From IMG/VR virus record IMGVR_UViG_3300027833_000012, positions 1 to 48,256 of that record: a DNA stretch of 48,256 nucleotides; one strand, 5' to 3'. Shown piece by piece: positions 42,516 through 48,256 of this stretch. The DNA comes from a virus (taxonomy: Duplodnaviria > Heunggongvirae > Uroviricota > Caudoviricetes). Position 1 is the stretch's first letter; every line of letters begins with the position of its first letter. A program made the translations under genes and the position numbers. The notes beneath the pieces are model-generated. The model was not told where the DNA came from, did not search any database, and saw only the letters and a list, made by a program, of their open reading frames with translations.

Positions 42516-43019
42516 TTATATAAACCCCTTAACTATTAAATCATGTAAATAAATTGAATGTGGGGCCCACTTTTCATTTGCATATCCAAGACTCATATGT
42601 AACCCCCAGTGTGGTCTATCAAGACCTAATTCGGTTCTTATCCCATGTAATTCAAGTCTATGTTCTTGTGGTATCGTAAACCACCAATGTAATGTACTAC
42701 CAGGTTTAGATGAATCGGTCTTTGGTTGTAAGTCTAATATCACATCAATTTTAGTGTTATGATATTTCTCTTTAATTTCTAACCATTTACCATTTGATTC
42801 AGATTTTCTATCATTTATAAATGTGATATGTGGACCTCTTAATGGTCTATTAAGTTTTAGGTTATACCTCTTCTTTAAAAACCAATTGTAATAGTCAATC
42901 ATATCGTCATTAAATACAACCATAGCAATACATTTCCATGAACCTTGTTTATCATGTTTTTTAGTCATATTCTTAGGGTCAAATTTAATAACCCCACTAA
43001 CTTTAACAGTTGTCTTCAT
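42516..43019 (-). CDS. 2H phosphoesterase-like protein
   Basis: GPHITFIN and GLHMSLG HxT/S motifs. Confidence 0.7.
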   Translation of the reverse strand: MKTTVKVSGVIKFDPKNMTKKHDKQGSWKCIAMVVFNDDMIDYYNWFLKKRYNLKLNRPLRGPHITFINDRKSESNGKWLEIKEKYHNTKIDVILDLQPKTDSSKPGSTLHWWFTIPQEHRLELHGIRTELGLDRPHWGLHMSLGYANEKWAPHSIYLHDLIVKGFI

Positions 43020-43025
43020 TTACAG

Positions 43026-44027
43026 TTATTTTAAATTATACTTATTCAAAACATCTTCCCATTCTTCATTAGATATAAAATCTAGTATTTTAATGTTTAA
43101 TTCCCTTAATGAACCCTTACCTATAATTCCAAATGTTTGACTTTCGAAATTATCCTCAGATAAATTAATCCCACTAAACATATCTTTACCTATTAAGTAT
43201 TGTAATACTGGTGTATCATAGACAAAGGCATCTAAATCACCTTCATTCATAGCTATAAACGCTTCTTCAGGGTTATTATATGAAATATACTTAATATCGT
43301 TTGATTCTAAAAACTTAGAAACATGACTACCACTTATGGTAGCAACTTTACACTTATTTAAATCACCAAGCGTTATTGGTTCTTTTTCAGTTGCATTATC
43401 AATTTGTAGTATCATATAACCAGTTAATATCATTGATACCCACATAAGTGTTAAAGACATAAATTTACCAATCCTAGTCTTAGCAACAACATATCCTTCA
43501 CCAACTGTTGTCATTGTTGCTGAAACCCATATTAATGAATTCATATAACCCTTAACGTTTTTCTCAATCGCATCATTCTTCGTCGCTTCAATAAAGAAAA
43601 ATAGTCCACCAAGTAAAATTACAGTAATCGCTAACTTACCAATTGGTACTAATAAAGACATAAACCTAAAGTTAGATTTAGCATCATCTGTATAAGCTAT
43701 ACTAGTACTTGTAGCATAAAATGGTTGTGAAAAATTAACCTTAGATAATCTATCTTTAGTTATTGTTGTAGGTGCGAAAAAATAGTCAAAATCAACGCTA
43801 TCCTTAGCTATTCTATCAATGATATTATCATAACTTCCAGTAACCTCTACTAATTTATATGGTACATCAATACCCTTAACTAAATCAACACACAAACCAC
43901 TGTAATGACCATTATCATACTTCATGGTAAATGGTGGGTCCAATTTTACACCAACCTTAATCGTATCTTTTTCAATGTTTTGTGAAAAAGAAATCATACT
44001 AATTAAAAAAAATACTATACTTCTCAT
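43026..44027 (-). CDS. ionotropic glutamate receptor-like (GluR0-type) ligand-binding channel
   Basis: Split periplasmic binding domain (PPF...IT..R...FSQP; DAFVYD) interrupted by TM-pore-TM with ATMTTVGEG. Confidence 0.8.
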   Translation of the reverse strand: MRSIVFFLISMISFSQNIEKDTIKVGVKLDPPFTMKYDNGHYSGLCVDLVKGIDVPYKLVEVTGSYDNIIDRIAKDSVDFDYFFAPTTITKDRLSKVNFSQPFYATSTSIAYTDDAKSNFRFMSLLVPIGKLAITVILLGGLFFFIEATKNDAIEKNVKGYMNSLIWVSATMTTVGEGYVVAKTRIGKFMSLTLMWVSMILTGYMILQIDNATEKEPITLGDLNKCKVATISGSHVSKFLESNDIKYISYNNPEEAFIAMNEGDLDAFVYDTPVLQYLIGKDMFSGINLSEDNFESQTFGIIGKGSLRELNIKILDFISNEEWEDVLNKYNLK

Positions 44028-44060
44028 TGTTTATTATTTTAAGTTAATACAAATATACAT

Positions 44061-44100
44061 AAAAAAAAGGTGATTACAAAATATAATCACCTTTTTTTTT
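44061..44100 (-). terminator. intrinsic terminator (bidirectional)
   Basis: AAAAGGTGATTA...TAATCACCTTTT with A- and T-runs on both sides. Confidence 0.8.
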
Positions 44101-44105
44101 TAATA

Positions 44106-44642
44106 TTAATCATAACTACCACCAGAATCGTATGAACTAGAATCTGAGCTAGATGAGCTAGATGATGAACCGTAATCTGAACTAGATGAGCTAGATGATG
44201 AACCGTAATCCGAACTAGATGAACTGTAACTAGATGAACTGTAACTAGGTGATTCATAACTAGGTGATTCGTAACTAGGTGTACTATAATCTAAGTTAGT
44301 TGTTTCACTGACATTTTCATCAACATCTTCACTGAGATTTTCATCAACATCTTCATCTATAAAAAAATCATCAAATAAAAAATCAATAAGAATCAAATCA
44401 AGTATTAACTCACCAGTTTCATCATAATAATCCCAGTCATTCTTAGAAGTACCATCAGTACCTAATTTACACTTACCTGTGTAAGTTTTACCATTGTGAC
44501 TTCTAACCACCCTAAGATTAGGAGTCACTTGTTTTTTATAGGTTTTTTTAGTAACCTCTTCATTAGTCTTTTTATTTGTCATCTTATAGATACCAAACAT
44601 TAATAATACTACAACTAAACTTAATAATCCAATAATTTCCAT
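44106..44642 (-). CDS. membrane-anchored protein with Ser/Tyr/Asp-rich low-complexity tail
   Basis: N-terminal TM; SYESPSYESPSYSSSS...DYGSSSS repeats. Confidence 0.7.
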   Translation of the reverse strand: MEIIGLLSLVVVLLMFGIYKMTNKKTNEEVTKKTYKKQVTPNLRVVRSHNGKTYTGKCKLGTDGTSKNDWDYYDETGELILDLILIDFLFDDFFIDEDVDENLSEDVDENVSETTNLDYSTPSYESPSYESPSYSSSSYSSSSSDYGSSSSSSSSDYGSSSSSSSSDSSSYDSGGSYD

Positions 44643-44661
44643 TTCTTTTTTTTTTTAATAA

Positions 44662-45498
44662 TTAATAATAATGCACTTCCCATATAGGTGAGCAAAAATA
44701 AGGGTCATAATAAGAATCATAATATTCTATTTCAAATATCGGTTCTTCTACATATTCAACCTCGTATGTTATATATTCTTCATCATACTCTTCTTCATCC
44801 TCGTCATCTTCAAGATTTAATTCTAATTCATCTTGTTCTTCTTGAATTTTTAATAAATTATTCATGACTTTACTACCAGCCTCAACAATTAATTTCATGA
44901 CTTCTTCACCAGTATGGTTATCTTCAGCTAAATCATCTAAATAAATATTATTATTTACAATATCCATTATTTCAAACCAAATTGAACCTGTGGCTAAATC
45001 AGCTTCCCAAGTATCATCTTCCTCACAATTAAACTTGTTACCGTCAACAAATTCTAAAAATACTATTTCTACTGGGTTTATACCCTTTAATTCGCAAAGT
45101 GCTATTCTTAAATCTACAAAAGACTCATCATTTAATATCTCATCAAAATCCTCATCAGTATCTACGTTGAAGTATTCTTCATAAGCGAATGTCCCAGAAC
45201 CAGTATCAACTGCACTATATATTCGATAAACACGCCTAAATTCTTCTAATTTGGTTAGGTAATTAGTTAATAACTCACGACCTTTATTAGTTGGAACATA
45301 TTTATTACTTGTAATTGTAACATAACCCTTAGAATGCATATGAATAAGAAATGGTTCCAGGAATGTCTTATTACCCTCTAAAATTATTGGGTAAATATGG
45401 TTAAAATTAATTAGGTTTTCAAGAAGAAGTACCGAACAAAAGTACTTCTTCATGTCATCCGTTAATTTATACTTAGCTTCTTTAATTGTATCAGCCAT
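44662..45498 (-). CDS. hypothetical acidic protein of the PspA operon
   Basis: 278 aa, acidic Tyr-rich C-terminus. Confidence 0.65.
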   Translation of the reverse strand: MADTIKEAKYKLTDDMKKYFCSVLLLENLINFNHIYPIILEGNKTFLEPFLIHMHSKGYVTITSNKYVPTNKGRELLTNYLTKLEEFRRVYRIYSAVDTGSGTFAYEEYFNVDTDEDFDEILNDESFVDLRIALCELKGINPVEIVFLEFVDGNKFNCEEDDTWEADLATGSIWFEIMDIVNNNIYLDDLAEDNHTGEEVMKLIVEAGSKVMNNLLKIQEEQDELELNLEDDEDEEEYDEEYITYEVEYVEEPIFEIEYYDSYYDPYFCSPIWEVHYY

Positions 45499-46196
45499 TA
45501 TTTACCTTCGTTTATAAAGTCAGAGAATAGTTTATCATCGTCAGTTGTTGATGATTCAGATAATAATTTATTAATCCTATCCTCATCTGACATTGTTGAA
45601 TCTTCTAGAGATTGCCAAGCACTAGCTTCAGCGTTATTACTATTAATTTTCTTACTAAGTTCTTCTAATTCTGAATTAACTCCATCCAAATTTAAGGATG
45701 ATAATTCTTTAGTGATTTCTTTATTAGCTTTAGATGCTATCATTTCACCCTTACTAGTTTGAACTTTCTCTTCAGTACTTTTTATAGTATCCTTTAACTT
45801 AATTATCTTACTTTGTAAGTCTTGTACGATTAAAGATTGTTTTTTAGCAGCCTCATCTTTCTTATTAGCCTCATTTAATAGGTTTTCATGTTTATTTAAC
45901 ATGGTAGTGATATCAATCTTAGCTGTACTCTTACCAATAACCCCAGTATCCATCATTTTCTTTAACTTTACAGCTTTATCTCTAAATGATTGTGCTTGTG
46001 ATTTTAATTTAGCAGCTTCAGACTCTAACCCAATCTGAACAGCCTTTATTCTAGCCAAACCTTCCATTGATTTTGAAAGCATTTCTTTTAAATCAACAAC
46101 CTTTTGATTTAACAATTCAATAGGGTCTTCAATTTTATCAAGCATTGCATTAGCCTTACTTTTCCCTATTCCAAAAATTCTCTTTAATAATCCCAT
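45498..46196 (-). CDS. pspA: PspA/IM30-family protein
   Basis: MGLLKRIFGIGKSKANAMLDKIEDPIELLNQ amphipathic N-terminus plus long coiled coil. Confidence 0.85.
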   Translation of the reverse strand: MGLLKRIFGIGKSKANAMLDKIEDPIELLNQKVVDLKEMLSKSMEGLARIKAVQIGLESEAAKLKSQAQSFRDKAVKLKKMMDTGVIGKSTAKIDITTMLNKHENLLNEANKKDEAAKKQSLIVQDLQSKIIKLKDTIKSTEEKVQTSKGEMIASKANKEITKELSSLNLDGVNSELEELSKKINSNNAEASAWQSLEDSTMSDEDRINKLLSESSTTDDDKLFSDFINEGK

Positions 46197-46207
46197 ATAT
46201 TTACTTT

Positions 46208-47500
46208 TTATTTATTTATTATTTCATTTATAGACACTTCACTAACTGATAACCTATTATTAATCTTACTAATTTCATAGGCTTGCATCTTAATGATTTC
46301 TTGTTGTTCTTTAATTGCTCCAACTAAATATGCAACAGTCAAATCATAATTAACCCTCTTTCCATCTTCATCTGTTGTGACTAATAATGGTGCTACCTTT
46401 TCAACGTCTTGAGCGATGAAACCAACTTGTCTTGACTGGTCAAAATCAGTTCCAACCACACTTATGAAATCTTCATTAGTTTTTAAGACTGTAGTATCCC
46501 AATCATAAGTAACACCTTCTAACTTAGTCACAACACTTAAAGCGTTTTTTAATTCTGTAACATTTGTTTTGTAATTTACATCACTACGTCTACCAGAACT
46601 TCTACTCCTTGATGAAGAACGACTTCTTGATGGTCTAGATGTTCTTTTAGGTTTAGTTGTTTTAGGTTTACTAGTTGTTCTAGTGGTTGGTTTACTAGTT
46701 GATTTACTACTGGAGTTTTTAGTGAAACCACCCTTTTTTAAATTATTACTATTTTGCTTTTTAAAACTCTTATTAGCTGTTTTAGTATTAGCAATAGATT
46801 TCCTAGTTTTTGGTGAAGTCTTATTTACGTTTTTAGACTTAGTTTTAGGTGTATAAGTTTTGTTACTCTTAGTTACTGTCTTACTAACAGTAGTTCTTTG
46901 TGTTACTGTTCTAGTCGAATAAGCACTTCTAGAGACTACAACTCTAGGTGAGTAATATCTTGGGTAATGACCGTAGTAATAAGGTGTATGGTAATACATG
47001 GACCTACTAGGTGAGAATAACCAACTATAGAATACCATCTCACTCAATGAAGGTGAAAAACTGGACCTATAATTTGTGTTAGAACCATATAACTGTTCAG
47101 AACCAGACATGTTAATATTATACTCCCCATTAAGACCCTTTTCTACCTCTATGGTTGCAATATGAGTTGTTTCTTTATCAGAACCAGTTGTTAAATCTAA
47201 ACTCTTAACTTTACTAGTACCTTCATTCTCAGATACGTTAATAAAGTCAGTTTTACCATTACCATCTAAATCAAGATTGTTGATACCACCTTCTTTATTT
47301 AATTCTTTTTCTAAGGAAGGTGCATCTGTAACTTTACCATCTTGAAATAAAGAACCAACTAATTTTAAGTCTAGACCATCCGATGGTGATACTGTTGATA
47401 CAATATTCACTTCAGGAGTTTTAACTTGTTTTTTCTTTTCTGTACACGATACTAATACTAACGATAATGATAGTATTAGTAATTTAAAATTATTTTTCAT
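46208..47500 (-). CDS. lipoprotein with K/R/S-rich linker fused to a peptidase S74 intramolecular chaperone domain
   Basis: Lipobox LVLVSC; C-terminal SDVNYKTNV...LEGVTYDW...VGFIAQDVEKVAPLLV...VNY...LVGAIKEQQ. Confidence 0.75.
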   Translation of the reverse strand: MKNNFKLLILSLSLVLVSCTEKKKQVKTPEVNIVSTVSPSDGLDLKLVGSLFQDGKVTDAPSLEKELNKEGGINNLDLDGNGKTDFINVSENEGTSKVKSLDLTTGSDKETTHIATIEVEKGLNGEYNINMSGSEQLYGSNTNYRSSFSPSLSEMVFYSWLFSPSRSMYYHTPYYYGHYPRYYSPRVVVSRSAYSTRTVTQRTTVSKTVTKSNKTYTPKTKSKNVNKTSPKTRKSIANTKTANKSFKKQNSNNLKKGGFTKNSSSKSTSKPTTRTTSKPKTTKPKRTSRPSRSRSSSRSRSSGRRSDVNYKTNVTELKNALSVVTKLEGVTYDWDTTVLKTNEDFISVVGTDFDQSRQVGFIAQDVEKVAPLLVTTDEDGKRVNYDLTVAYLVGAIKEQQEIIKMQAYEISKINNRLSVSEVSINEIINK

Positions 47501-47562
47501 ATTTTTTATTTAAAATTATTGTTAATGCAAATATACATATATTTTTACTATTATACAAGAAA

Positions 47563-48255
47563 TTAAGCTAATTTTTTATTTAATAACACATTTCTTAAAA
47601 AATCATTATTAGGTCCACCTATCTTATCCACCCAAAATTTACGATTTTTATCATTTTCCTCTTCCCATTTTTTTAACTCCTTTTCATTTGGGAAATAATT
47701 TCTTTTACCAGCCCAAGGCTTACGAACATTAACATAATCTGGGTATAATTCTTTGTTATAAACCCTCTCATCAACTAAAAAACAAAAAGAAGATAATGTG
47801 TCATTTAAATCTGGTTCTTTCATTTCACCAATTAACACTTCATTTTCAATAAATGAATCTCTAAGTTTCTGCATGGAACCATACCACTTACTATCCTTAT
47901 TATCGTTAGTAGTACCGCCATTTAATATGATGAAAGTTTCATATTCATCAGCCCATCTGTTAAAGTTTACTTTTAAACCAGGCATATCATTAACTAACCT
48001 ACCATACCTAACTACAGCATGTCCAAATTGTATACCCTTTTGAATACCACTTAAGTTATAAGGTACAAACCCATACATTCTCCAATCTAAATATTTTTCA
48101 GTTTTTCTAGGTGTTGAGTTAAGTTTAACTTTACAATCCTTTATAATGTCAAGAAATTTATACTTAGTTATATAAACCTCAAAATATACTTGTTCACCAC
48201 GCTTATTAGCAAAGTTATTTAAGTCTAATACCCTAATATTTAACTCAAGTGACCA
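47563..48255 (-). CDS. peptidyl-tRNA hydrolase 2-like protein, 5'-truncated by the window edge
   Basis: IQFGHAVV, FIILNGG and EPDLNDTLSSFCF resemble PTH2-like phage proteins; the frame stays open upstream of ATG 48078 to the window end. Confidence 0.5.
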   Translation of the reverse strand, partial: WSLELNIRVLDLNNFANKRGEQVYFEVYITKYKFLDIIKDCKVKLNSTPRKTEKYLDWRMYGFVPYNLSGIQKGIQFGHAVVRYGRLVNDMPGLKVNFNRWADEYETFIILNGGTTNDNKDSKWYGSMQKLRDSFIENEVLIGEMKEPDLNDTLSSFCFLVDERVYNKELYPDYVNVRKPWAGKRNYFPNEKELKKWEEENDKNRKFWVDKIGGPNNDFLRNVLLNKKLA

Positions 48256-48256
48256 T

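Noticed and set aside
44140-44290. GAACTAGATGA-type tandem repeats as a non-coding repeat array
   Set aside because: They encode the Ser-rich low-complexity tail of 44106..44642.
246-48043. Short plus-strand ORFs in the track (e.g. 246..431, 1043..1498, 4058..4405, 6417..6674, 10918..11196, 47798..48043)
   Set aside because: Antisense shadows of well-supported minus-strand genes with no motifs; only 39554..39874 is a credible plus-strand gene.
1-48256. Stop-codon recoding, as in some Bacteroidota megaphages
   Set aside because: Genes are full-length in the standard code with TAA, TGA and TAG stops, and no suppressor tRNA was found.

Overview
AT-rich (visually ~70% A+T), gene-dense segment with almost all genes on the minus strand. 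It is most consistent with the accessory/tRNA region of a jumbo tailed phage infecting Bacteroidota: TAnnTTTG -7 promoters precede most gene blocks, the code is standard, and no core capsid or replication genes are present. Contents: an NAD module (Sir2/CobB partial at the left edge, NAMPT, NadR-like kinase, NadM-Nudix), a WGR-PARP, Tpt1/KptA, two 2H phosphoesterases, dCMP deaminase, PrsW, MscL, M42 peptidase, PcfJ-like protein, three variable 19-aa LRR paralogues, an ABC/OmpA operon, a PspA/iGluR-like membrane operon, putative virion-packaged LxE proteins, two GIY-YIG nucleases, about 32 tRNA or tRNA-like genes in four transcription units, and a ~790-nt structured ncRNA. Main discovery: three tRNA arrays each lie behind promoter -> short leader ORF -> antiterminator/terminator. 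In each case the leader's codon run matches the amino acids of the tRNAs in the downstream array (K/Y/T/Q/G/P; F/D/A/E; L/V/C). This is the architecture of ribosome-mediated attenuation, so the phage appears able to sense shortage of specific tRNAs and switch on replacements. A CAGCAA-bearing tRNA-mimic RNA also occurs in both linear and circularly permuted (Y-RNA-like) form. All calls were made by eye; no database searches or folding programs were run.
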